A stretch of 64,000 bases of DNA from Selaginella moellendorffii (lineage: Eukaryota > Plantae > Lycopodiophyta), in assembly GCF_000143415.4 (NCBI RefSeq), contig NW_003314290.1:186001-250000 (forward strand), read 5' to 3'. Below, one piece after another: positions 36,766 through 49,123 of this stretch. The number at the start of each line of letters is the position of its first letter. The stretch's first letter is position 1. The translations under genes and the position numbers were made by a program. The notes beneath the pieces are model-generated. The model had not been told where the DNA came from and ran no database searches. It saw only the letters and a list, made by a program, of their open reading frames with translations.

Positions 36766-39700
36766 TGTAAGCGACTAAATTTTCCATTCTACTTTAGTCA
36801 CTTAACCACACCTCCGACCACTTGGAGGAGTCTCATTCACAACCTCCATAAGCCCAACTCGGGACTTGGGGCTTGCTAGCCCCGAGAATGGCATCCATGC
36901 CACTCAACCTTAGCACTTGGTCCAAGTGCTCCACGTATCCGATCCCATGATCGACACCCCAAGGTACCACCGACATATCGGCCCGTTACGCTAAGGCCAT
37001 GCTCATTTACCTTGGTCACACTGGTGGTCCAACACCACCTACATTCCAATCCCGTCTCTCAAAGACTGGGTCATCCATCCATGAGTGGTCATCCCAGATC
37101 CACTCCTTAACATCCTTAGGATGCCTACAGACATGGGGAATAGCCTTCCCCAATATCTCTGTTCCGGTCCCCACCAAGTCCCTTTCAGTCCTTGGCTGTG
37201 TTCGCCAACACTGCCACTAGATCAAGGCCCACCGACCCGACCACTAAGTCCCACTATCCTCTAGGACTTCCTCACTGTGTGACTGTGTCCTTGGTCACCA
37301 CACCGGAGGGCTACCCCTCTTCCTTTCCACAGTCTGGGACTTTGGGACACCATTTCGGAACACCGTGGCCTTACGCAAGCCTCATGGGTACTCTCCCCGC
37401 CTTTCGTCTTTAGGTGCTCTAGCCATGGGCTTAGAGCGAGGTTCCGTTGAGCCACACCAGGTATCCAAGTAGGTAGTGCCACCCACACTTGGACTGGGAG
37501 CATCGGCCAGTCGATCTCCCGGGGGAACTAGAGCCGGCTCTTGAACACTTCACCAAGCTACCCCGCTTGTCGGTCCGTGTTCACTCTAGTCTTGGACTTC
37601 CCAGTGGGCAGCTCATCACCCAACACTGGGTCCGGCCTTCCTGGGCCAAACTGGCCTTTCCTGGCCAAACTGGCTCCACTGCAGTCCTCCCCCCTCACTA
37701 TACTTTTGGAGCTCACCAAACCCCCCAGGGTCTGGGAGACGAACGCTTTGGGCTTTCACCCTCTCAGGCTTCGGACTCGGACTCGGACTCGGACTCGGAC
37801 TCGGACTCGGATTCGGACTCGGACTCGGGCTCGGGCTCGGTCTCGGCCTCGGCCTCGGTCTCGGTCTCGGTCTCGGTCCCGATCTCGGTCTCGGTCTCGG
37901 TCCCGATCTCGGTCTCGGTCTCGGTCTCGGTCCCGGTCTCGGTCTCGACTTCGGACTCCATCTCGGACTCCATCTCGGACTCGATCTCGGGTCCATCTCG
38001 GGTCCATCTCGGACTCCATCTCGGACTCCATCTCGGGTCCATCTCGGACTCCATCTCGGACTCCATTTCGGGTCCATCTCGGGTCCACCTCGGACTCCAT
38101 CTCGGACTCCATCTCGGTTCCATCTCGGACTCCACTTCGGACTCCAACTCGGGTCCATCTCGGGTCCACCTCGGGTCCACCTCGGACTCCACCTCGGACT
38201 CCATCTCGGACTCCATCTCGGGTCCATCTCGGACTCCACTTCGGACTCCAACTCGGGTCCATCTCGGACTCCACTTCGGACTCCAACTCGGGTCCATCTC
38301 GGACTCCACTTCGGACTCCAACTCGGGTCCATCTCGGACTCCACTTCGGACTCCAACTCCGGTCCATCTCGGACTCCACTTCGGACTCCAACTCGGGTCC
38401 ATCTCGGACTCCACTTCGGACTCCAACTCGAGTCCATCTCGGACACTCCCACGTGTCATGTGTTGGTCCTTTTGGGTCCCTTTTTGGAGCCTCGCCTTTT
38501 GCTCGCTTCGTGCTCGTTCCTCGAGCACTTCGTTGGGAGTTCCACTCCCGCTCTTGACTTTTTAAGTCGAAGCTTTTGGTCCAAACGTGTTACGCTCGTT
38601 TGGCTCTCGCTTCGGCCACTACCATGTGGCGCCCTTCCGGCTCCACTTTGGGGCCTAGGGATTTTGTGTCTCACAACTCCACCACCCATAGACGAAGTTC
38701 GATGTCCTCATCGAACGGTGAACAATTTTATAAAGTAACACCCGCATGTGTTACCATTTCCATCCTTGGCGCGTAGCCAATATTTGTTAATGGTGTGACA
38801 TTGAAGGCTCACCATGCCTTCTCCATATTCGTCAATGGTTGGACATTGAAGGCTCACCATGCCTTCTCCATATTCGTCAATGGTTGGACATTGAAGGCTC
38901 ACCATGCCTTTTGCATATCCTCTAAGGAGGGTAGTCTCTCCAACTTAGAGACTGATTGGACCACATATAGTGGTTCTCTCCTTTTATTGGTTTAGTTCTC
39001 GCTAAACCTCTTAGAGACCCTTCTCTAAGTCAATCCCACTACTCTTTCTCGAGTAGTCTCAATTTCCATCGATATAACCTTTGCACTTTGGAACTTTGAA
39101 TTTTGACTTCTTGCAGTCAATTTCCTAGGTGTCTCCGACACCTTGCCTTGCACCTTTTGTGCAACTCCACTTCCCATCCTAGGAAGTTCTCTACTCGAGG
39201 GCACCATCATCCTCTCTTCTATTTCGTGCCAAAGTTCCAGTTATCATACTTTGTGCTAGGGCTGTTCATGGCCCTATCATTTGGCTACCTTACCGCTCCC
39301 TCCCTTGGAGCTTCCACTTTCGCCAAATCGGAGCATTTCGGAATCCCTCCTTGAAAACACACTTCCTTTCCCGCAACTTGTTAGCGTCCAACACATTAGT
39401 GTTCCTCACCTAACTTTGTCACTTGGATTCCTTCCAAGGGATTCCACGGCCCTATCTTGGCCACTCATCTTTTGCTCCTATCCGTTGATTGTTGCACCAA
39501 GCAACATCGAATCTCTACCTCCCTCCTTGAGGTATTGTTTTGGTTCCATAGCAAAGACTCTTCTTTGCCAAGTCCGGAGGATGTTCACCCCTAGTACGTC
39601 TCTTTAGCATCTTCTGCTATGGGCTCTATCCACGGCCCAACTTCGTGACCCTCCCATGGGTCTTTTATAGAGACTACTTTCCTCGGACTCACTATGCCAT

Positions 39701-42700
39701 CGCACGGACATAGTTTATTTCCCTTAGGTGATCTTCCCACTTGGTCATCACGACCAAGCCACACCACCTTAAACAGTTCAATTTCAACATTTTGAACCAG
39801 GAACTTCATTCCTTAGCCAACCAAGGACCTTGTCCTTATCTGGCCATAAGATCACCTAGTGATCTCACCTTGGCACCTTAACAGAGTTGCCAAGAGGTAC
39901 TTGGTCTTCTAGACCTCCAAGTTGTTGACTATAACCCCGGGGGCATCCCCCACACTTGGCGGTGCACCCAAGCTAGCCCTTACGGCCAAGGGTTCATAGC
40001 AACTGAGATTAGGTGTCCTCATCTCACTCACCACGACCTTGGTGCCACTTGCACCAAAGCGTTCAAGTTAGATATGCCGAGCTTTCACACTAAGCAATCT
40101 AACCGTGCATCACGACTCCGAGGCATCCCTCGCTTGGCGGTGTGCCCAAACCAGTCTCCCCACTGAGAGTCCATGACCACCGAAATATGAGTGTCCTCAT
40201 ATTCCAAACCATCACCACGCCCTAGTGATTTGGGACTCGAACTCAAGCACTAGAGGGTCGGGACTCGAACCCAACCTCCGTATATGCATCTACGGACGGC
40301 ATCACACAAGATGCCTGGCGTGACTCCCCACGCCGGTGCACCAACTTATTTTTAAAGCGCGCTACAGATCACAGTTTAGGAACCTAGTTCCTCCACACTG
40401 CCAAGTCCTCTCACTTGACATGTCTGTGATCATGCATGGACTCCTCCATGCTTGGCCCCATGGCCCACCCTTTTTGAAGTTATCACATTCAACTAGGGTA
40501 TTTGTTCCCCCGACGTGCCAATCTCGCTTGGCAAGTTCTCCGACCACTGTAACATGGTTCCTGCATAAGCGTGAAAGTCCTTGACCATCGACTTTCGTTC
40601 AAAGCCCTCTCTTTGAACACTCGGGAACTACTTCCCTAACCTTGATAGCCTTGCCTCATGGCAAGCTTCAAGACCACGCTTCTGCTGCGCCACTCTGATT
40701 TCGCGCGTTCCATGAACCATTTACACTTGGCCTTTCTAGATACTAAGCTACCTAGAATCGTCTTTGGGAACCTTGAAGGAACTCTGTCCCTCAGCTTGCT
40801 AAGGCCTCCCTTTTGCAAGCCTTCCAAATACCACATAGTCTAACATGGACAATTCCATAACTTAGACTCTCCATGGCATCACGGTTGCTAGCGGCAACAC
40901 CCTCGAGCCCCCACTTGATTCTCCACTCCCAGCTGGCATAACCAACCTTGGTTATGCCCTTCGATTTCTATGGTTCAGTTCCATCCCAATACTACTTGCC
41001 TTTTGGCCCCATATGTTTCCTTTGGTTATTCTCCTCCAGACCAGGAGGATAGCTTTGCACTTTCTATCATGCCTTAGCAAGTATTCTTAGGGATGAACCT
41101 ACCCAATAGCCTAGGGAGTGGTTCCTCAATCCGGGTATGCTCACCTTATAATCCCACACACTGGGATTACGTTGTTGCTTATGGGCCTTTATATGCCCAG
41201 CACTAGCCTTGCCAAAATTCCATTTTTGGCTTTGTCCAACTTGGGTAGACAGTCCTCTCCTGTCTCCGCAACCTTGGACATTTGGATAGCACCTTCTATC
41301 CATCATTCGCTAGGGACTTAGTCCCTTGGGCTTTATCCATTGCCCTCGCGACAACAAACACCACCTTTTGGTGTTCTAGAGTGTTCGGGTGTCCCAATGA
41401 TGGCTTTCTTGACAATGAGTATTTCCTTTTATGACATTGACTTACTATATCGCAACATAAGCAACTTATCCCCCGCAAGGGTATATCCGACTTCCCTATG
41501 CTAGAAGTCTTGGGTAGCTATCTTCTACCCATTTAACCAGTTATTTTGCACCTCTTGCTTAGTTGCCTCATAGTTGTCAAGTCCTACAACTCATTGCTTG
41601 GTGCTTTCACACCTCCATCATTATCTGGGTCACCGCACTCCAACTGCATGCTCTGCAGCTTAGGCTATGCCATTCCCATTTCCATTGGGATTCCTTTGGC
41701 AAGGGGTTCTCATGAACCCGCCAACATAGCCTCAAGGTATCACACCTTGGCACATTTGGTGTCTCCACACCATCGGCTCCACGAGCCTACCTCTATGACA
41801 TTTCCCCTTGTGTCTAAGTCTTTGCCAAGACCAACACCGCTCTTTCTCATGCCAACCATCCGTTAGCACTGCACCATAGAGGTCACACACAACTCTATGT
41901 CAAAGTTGTTTTCTTCTGGGAACACCTTTCCCATAACTTTAGCATGGCACATTTTGCCATCGATGAGATACCCTCTGTTCTCATCCTTAGATCCTATGAT
42001 CCCCCCCCCCATCCTTTGTGGGGTACAACACACCTCAGTCCAAATGCTTCCATCAGTCTTTTTAAGACCATCCGTTGACTCTACTTGAGTCATCCAGCAG
42101 TTTTGGACTTGGTTAATCCACAGACCCGTAAGGTCCTACTTGTGAGGCACTAGCTCACTGGAATACACTTCTTGCATTCCTGTCCTACTCAAAAGGACTA
42201 TTTTCACAAGTGTTACTCCGACACTTGATTTTGTTCTCTGGGGGCAACCTTTGCCCCTTAGGACTACTTGTCCATGTGATGAGAACACCAACTCATCCAC
42301 TTAATACACCCCCAACTCCTTGGGTTGTTCCAGCATTTATTAGAGGTAGCCCCGGCTACCTTTTCAAGGACTTGAGTCCTTTTCCGTATTTGACCTCCCA
42401 CGGTCATTACTTCTGGTCTCACATTCATGAGCACCAACCTCAACTATATGAGGAAAATCTTGTGACTCCTTTATTGCTTTGGAGTCTTTATCTTTCCCGT
42501 GATCCCAACTGTAGTTGTTTACCACAACTACATTAGCCAGTTTGCTAAGTCAAACGCTCATCTGGATCACATCCTCAACTCTTTGAGGAAAACCATATAC
42601 TGTTCCCAAGATCCCAAAGTCGTTCCATTATTGGCCCTTTTCTATCCACCACCTCGTCTACAAGTTCACACATGAACTGTAATGGAGAGCCATGTCTTCC

Positions 42701-44691
42701 CGACTTGCTACTCCTCAAGGATAGGCCCACTCCTCGGACCTTCCGATGCCAACACTAGTGGTGATATACTTGAGCACCAACAAAAGTCGGACTAAGGAAC
42801 AGCTCCGATACCAAATTGTAAGCGACTAAATTTTCCATTCTACTTTAGTCACTTAACCACACCTCCGACCACTTGGAGGAGTCTCATTCACAACCTCCAT
42901 AAGCCCAACTCGGGACTTGGGGCTTGCTAGCCCCGAGAATGGCATCCATGCCACTCAACCTTAGCACTTGGTCCAAGTGCTCCACGTATCCGATCCCATG
43001 ATCGACACCCCAAGGTACCACCGACATATCGGCCCGTTACGCTAAGGCCATGCTCATTTACCTTGGTCACACTGGTGGTCCAACACCACCTACATTCCAA
43101 TCCCGTCTCTCAAAGACTGGGTCATCCATCCATGAGTGGTCATCCCAGATCCACTCCTTAACATCCTTAGGATGCCTACAGACATGGGGAATAGCCTTCC
43201 CCAATATCTCTGTTCCGGTCCCCACCAAGTCCCTTTCTGTCCTTGGCTGTGTTCGCCAACACTGCCACTAGATCGAGGCCCACCGGCCCGACCACTAAGT
43301 CCCACTATCCTCTAGGACTTCCTCACTGTGTGACTGTGTCCTTGGTCACCACACCGGAGGGCTACCCCTCTTCCTTTCCACAGTCTGGGACTTTGGGACA
43401 CCATTTCGGAACACCGTGGCCTTACGCAAGCCTCATGGGTACTCTCCCCGCCTTTCGTCTTTAGGTGCTCTAGCCATGGGCTTAGAGCGAGGTTCCGTTG
43501 AGCCACACCAGGTATCCAAGTAGGTAGTGCCACCCACACTTGGACTGGGAGCATCGGCCAGTCGATCTCCCGGGGGAACTAGAGCCGGCTCTTGAACACT
43601 TCACCAAGCTACCCCGCTTGTCGGTCCGTGTTCACTCTAGTCTTGGACTTCCCAGTGGGCAGCTCATCACCCAACACTGGGTCCGGCCTTCCTGGGCCAA
43701 ACTTGCCTTTCCTGGCCAAACTAGCTCCACTGCAGTCCTCCCCCCTCACTATACTTTTGGAGCTCACCAAACCCCCCAGGGTCTGGGAGACGAACGCTTT
43801 GGGCTTTCACCCTCTCAGGCTTCGGACTCGGACTCGGACTCGGACTCGGACTCGGACTCGGATTCGGACTCGGACTCGGGCTCGGGCTCGGTCTCGGCCT
43901 CGGCCTCGGTCTCGGTCTCGGTCTCGGTCCCGATCTCGGTCTCGGTCTCGGTCCCGATCTCGGTCTCGGTCTCGGTCTCGGTCCCGGTCTCGGTCTCGAC
44001 TTCGGACTCCATCTCAGACTCCATCTCGGACTCGATCTCGGGTCCATCTCGGGTCCATCCCGGACTCCATCTCGGACTCCATCTCGGGTCCATCTCGGAC
44101 TCCATCTCGGACTCCATTTCGGGTCCATCTCGGGTCCACCTCGGACTCCATCTCGGACTCCATCTCGGTTCCATCTCGGACTCCACTTCGGACTCCAACT
44201 CGGGTCCATCTCGGGTCCACCTCGGGTCCACCTCGGACTCCACCTCGGACTCCATCTCGGACTCCATCTCGGGTCCATCTCGGACTCCACTTCGGACTCC
44301 AACTCGGGTCCATCTCGGACTCCACTTCGGACTCCAACTCGGGTCCATCTCGGACTCCACTTCGGACTCCAACTCCGGTCCATCTCGGACTCCACTTCGG
44401 ACTCCAACTCGGGTCCATCTCGGACTCCACTTCGGACTCCAACTCGAGTCCATCTCGGACACTCCCACGTGTCATGTGTTGGTCCTTTTGGGTCCCTTTT
44501 TGGAGCCTCGCCTTTTGCTCGCTTCGTGCTCGTTCCTCGAGCACTTCGTTGGGAGTTCCACTCCCGCTCTTGACTTTTCAAGTCGGAGCTTTTGGTCCAA
44601 ACGTGTTACGCTCGTTTGGCTCTCGCTTCGGCCACTACCATGTGGCGCCCTTCCGGCTCCACTTTGGGGCCTAGGGATTTTGTGTCTCACA
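36766..44691 (-). mobile_element. Complete family-A element: LTRs 36766-38675 and 42817-44691
   Basis: TSD GCTAT (36761-36765, 44692-44696), PBS 42802-42813, PPT 38676-38690; LTRs near-identical apart from one 35-nt unit. Confidence 0.95.
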
Positions 44692-45061
44692 GCTATGTCT
44701 CGGGAGACCAGACCGATTGGGTAAGTCATTTGGGACTTGCGGAAATGTGTTATAACAACTCACCACATTCGAGCATCGGGGTGAGTCCATGGGAAGTCAT
44801 CAATGGGCGAGCTATTGAAAGTCCTGTGGAATTCGGCGTGGCCGAGTATCATAGAGAGTTACCTGCAGTGGAGGCATTCACGGCGGAAAGACTCAACATT
44901 TGGAATCTAGTGAGGGATTCCTTGGAACGGGCTCAACAAAGGCAAACCAAGTACGCGAACCAGAAGCGCCGGGATGTAGAATTCCAAGCTGGGGAGAAGG
45001 TGTGGCTAAACACCAAGAACTTCAAGCTACCAAGTGGGATCAGCCGGAAGTTGACCCAAAG

Positions 45062-45113
45062 GTAAAAATGCATGTATTCCTGTAAATGAATTGATCTTGA
45101 GTTCCTTAAGCAG
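45062..45113 (+). other. 52-nt spliceosomal-type intron in the integrase of B
   Basis: AG|GTAAAA...TTAAGCAG|G; removal gives KLTQ-R-FAGPY, whereas the unspliced frame stops immediately. Confidence 0.85.
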
Positions 45114-46993
45114 GTTCGCGGGGCCGTACGAAATTGAGGCTCGAATCGGTAAAGTGGCTTACCGTCTCCGACTTCCTCGAGAGATGAGGAAGATGCACCC
45201 CATGTTCTACGTGAACTTACTCAAGCCGTATTTTGAGGATCCACTTCGCAAGGACCAAGTAAGACCTTTACCTGAGGTTATCCAAGGGGAAAAGGAATAC
45301 GAAGTCGAGGCCATCCTCAATGCGCGCAAGAGCAAGCGACAAGGACGCGAGGTGAGAGAGTTCCATGTGAAGTGGAAAGGATTTCCACACTGCGAAGCAA
45401 CATGGGAACCGGAGGAGAACCTAGCGAATGCGCGAGATCTAGTGGAGGAATTTCTGCAAGGCAGAACTCTATGTACTTATGCAAAGTTCAATTAAAAGTA
45501 TCAATTGGTGAAGTTGAGCAATGGCATATGTTGGGACCCGAAAGCGCGCCAAAGGTAAGCTAATTAGCATGGGTTAACTAGGTCGACCAGGCGTAGGGGA
45601 CTACACCCGACTCCCTGCGGGGATGTCGAATCTGTAGACGTATTCTACGGAGGTTGGGTTCGAGTCCCAACCCCCTAGTAAAGCAAGGTTGGGTTCAAGT
45701 CCCGACCCCATACTAGGGCGTGGTGAGGTGAGGAGTATAGGGACACCTATATTCCGTTGTCATGGGCTCTTGGGCGGGGAGGCTGACTTAGGCACACCGC
45801 TAAGTGGGGGGGATGCCTTCGGAGACATGGTCAACAAGTCGTAGGATAAAAAAGAGACGTTCAATGTGGGCATCAAACTTCTTCTATGGGTGGTGGAGTT
45901 GTAAGGAACCAACTTGCCGAGGTGTTGTAGGCCAAAGGACCCCCGAAAGCATGACCAAAATGACAAAGAGTTCATCGGATGGGACCAAGTCGAAGATCGA
46001 GTCCAAGACCAACTCTGAGACTGAGTTCGAGATAAAGTCCGGAATCGAGTCCGAGGCCGACTCGGAGATAGAGTTCGAGACCGAGTTCGAGACGGAGTCC
46101 GAGATCCGAAATCGGGTCTGAGACCGAGTCCGAGGTCGAGTCCGAGATCGGGTCCGAGATCGAGTCCGAGATCGAGTCCGAGACCGAATCCGAGATCGAG
46201 TCCGAGACCGAGTCCGAGATTGAGCCAGAGATTGAGTCCAAATACTAATACGGGTCAAGGGGTGAAAGCCCAAAGCGTGTGTCTCCCAGGGGGGGGGGGG
46301 GCTGCAGGGGGTTCCAAAAGTATAGTAGGGATAGTGAGGTCCAGGAACCAGTTTTGAGGGAACTCTCCAGTGGGGCTTCCAAACTGACTTGAGGTTGGGA
46401 CTGGGACCGAGGGGCCTTGGGTGGGAGTGAGCAGGGACTTGGTTGGTGCCGGAGGGGCCATCCAAGGAAGTGCTCAAGAGCAGCTCCCACTCCCAAAAGG
46501 GAAACCGACTGTGGTGCTCCCGGCTCATATGGAGTGGTGCCCCACTTGAGTACCATGTGGCTCATTGGTCGTCGCCCTTCCCAGGGGCTTGGGCCTTCCT
46601 TTGGGATGGAAGTGGGGGGGTAGAGGTACCCATACCGAGCCGTTAGGCCACGGTGTTTCGCCCCAGCGTCCCGAAGCAAGTGTTGCACCCAAGACTTGGG
46701 ATTTAGAGGGTCCCATGATCAAGTCTTGTGGTACCAAGGGATGTTAAGAACCTGGAAGTTTGGTGTGCTTGGCTGCTTATGCTTGTGGGGAGTGTAGCCG
46801 AACCTTTAGTCTAGTCTAACCCGGGGAGGGATGGCTGACACTTCGTTGCTCGTGCAGTGAGTAGCTGAAACCAAGTAGGAGCTGGTACCATAGGCGGGAA
46901 CCTTGGCGAGGGAACTTAGCAAAAGCCAAGGCAGTGTTGGACGAATAGACGAGGTAAGCTGGCAAATTGAAAAGGAAAAATTTGTGGTTTACA

Positions 46994-47077
46994 ATTTGGT
47001 ATCGGAGCCTTTTCCTCAGTTTTAGCGAAGGATAGAGGCGGATTGCTGGGAGATGGCAAAGGGGGGGCGTAAACGAA
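46994..47077 (+). mobile_element. Second PBS and gag start of family B directly after the right LTR (truncated tandem copy)
   Basis: ATTTGGTATCGGAGCC...ATGGCAAAG matches 17085-17167. Confidence 0.85.
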
Positions 47078-49123
47078 TTAATATTTTTGTTTTTATAGAC
47101 TATGTTATAACTTGACAATTGCGATAGCAAAGTTTAAAGTACAAGATCAGACAGCCCAGAAAATATTTTAGAAGTCTATCTCCAATATTATTTAAAGTAG
47201 ACTAGTAAGCCTACAAACTTTCATACTTTTATGGTTGATAGGGCTAGTGCATGCTAGACTTGTATCCAAGCAATTTTTGGGAATGCTTAGCCTTTGGAAG
47301 GTTATAAGAGGACTTGTGAGTTTCATTGGGCTTAGAGTCTAAATTAGTATTGCCATCTTATTAAGCCAAAGTTTTAATCAGTGTTTAAGGAGTTATGCAA
47401 ATAATGGCAAGTTACATCCTCTAAAGAAGAGTGAAAGAAAATCAAATAAAATCTGAATATGGTGGTATAAAATAGCCATGTAGACACAAGTTGCCTACCT
47501 CAACTTGACTCATGGTTAGGATGGTGGGAAGTTAAGATGTTCCAGTAAGGACATCACTCTTTTTACGTTGGTTTCTTTTCTTTTTTTTTCTCTCATTTTA
47601 TTGCCTTTTAATATTGCCTTTTCCATTGATCAACCATTATATACACCCCAACTGTGAATCTCTCCAAAAGTAAGCATTAAAGCTAGCATTCCTTTGAGGT
47701 AAGGAAAAGGAAGATAAATCTATACAAAGCGTGTCTATAAAATTTTATATGTGCTATAGAGCAATCTTAAAAGATGTTAGCATTTGAGGAAGGAAATATA
47801 TAAGAACAAAGCCTTCTGTTAAAATGTTACATGATAAGATGGAAAGAAAATTGACTCCATTTGGTTGAATAGTGGCAATTGTAATTGAGGAAGTGGTCAG
47901 CAGCACATTTATGGAATACACTCCTTGGGCTTTTATTAGTGATATAAAGATTATTTTCTCAAAAGATTGTTTTTCCTTTACTAGTGAAGATGTTGGTATG
48001 GATATTAGAGTGAAAAGCTCTCACAAGCTTGATGTTAAGTACCACTTTACTTCAAGACATCACCCTCGGATTGATCCATTTCAAATGGTTGATGAAGAAA
48101 AAATATTACAACAAATTGAAATTGTTTATTGTAACATGGAACCAAGGCAATGGGCAATCTGCCAAGTGTTAGTAAAATCTAATATAAGATGTATGGGGCA
48201 AATGTTATGCCTAAATCTATGGTGACAAATTTGTTTCTATTCCAACCCTATATTTCTATGGGAATGAAAGCAAGTAAGATTTTAAAGTTGGTGTTGGATG
48301 TATTGTTGTAGCACCGATGCCAACCATATGAAGTAGTTCAAGGACACTATAGTGACTAAACCTGATGCAATACCTAAAGAATTGCCGGTTGCTAATGAGA
48401 TTGCACTCACTTTGGATGAGATTGAAAACCTTGAGAAATCTTGTTTTAATTTCGAGAGGAGAGTCACAGAATCGAAATTTTTCTCACAAAGATGCACAAG
48501 AGGCTAACAAGAAAAGGTAAAGCATTGAAATTTATTGGTGCAATTTCTAAGTAAAAGTAGGGTAAAATAAGCTTGGCTTAAATACTTGAGTGTGATATTC
48601 TTTTCACAAAGTACATCATTGTGTTTGTAAAAGAGTATATAGTCAAAAAAAGTGGAGAGTACATAATTGTTATTCAAGACTTTCTTTCTTGCATATATTT
48701 AGACTTTACTAAGCGTGAGGAATATAAGAAAGTATATGCTTTTTCTAAGCATATATACTACATCTCTATCAACACCTTAAAGATTCTAAAGTGGACATTT
48801 ATATATACCAAACAAGCCTTATTATTGCTAAATTATAGAAGGTTTTTAGAGCTAACTAAATATACTAAGATTATCAATGTTTATCAATAATATAAGCTTA
48901 TTATACTTTATATAATTAATAGAAAAACATTTTTTATTTCACTTTTCATTTCATATACTTGCAAGTGTTTTTTTTGCAATACTACCCATAGTACTTGTAT
49001 GTTTCTACTTTTATCTTTACCATCTTAAAAAATATTTTATGGTAGTCTTTTGGGTGTGTGATTTTGTAATATGTTGCAAGAATATATATACTATCATACT
49101 AATCATTACAATTGTTTTTATCA

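Larger units (their letters stand above)
36713..45495 (+). pseudogene. pol: Integrase C-terminal part and chromodomain of B (36713-36765, 44697-45061, 45114-45495)
   Basis: TERVNRQLEDYLRCY, YNNSPHSSIGVSP, RFAGPYEI (GPY/F motif), YEVEAIL...FHVKWKGFPHCEATWEPEENL. Confidence 0.9.
15946..46993 (+). mobile_element. Ty3/gypsy chromovirus-type LTR retrotransposon 'B': LTRs 15946-17084 and 45900-46993; decayed, with nested insertions
   Basis: TGTAAGGAACC...GGTTTACA LTRs, PBS TGGTATCAGAGC 17088-17099, PPT before 45900, order gag-PR-RT-RH-IN-chromodomain. Confidence 0.95.

Noticed and set aside
45461-45532. Possible further intron after the chromodomain (CAAG|GCAGAA, AT-rich)
   Set aside because: Weak GC donor, ambiguous acceptor and no conserved downstream peptide to test the frame
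47872-48510. Possible decayed gene fragment in the AT-rich region
   Set aside because: Short ORFs with no recognisable motif
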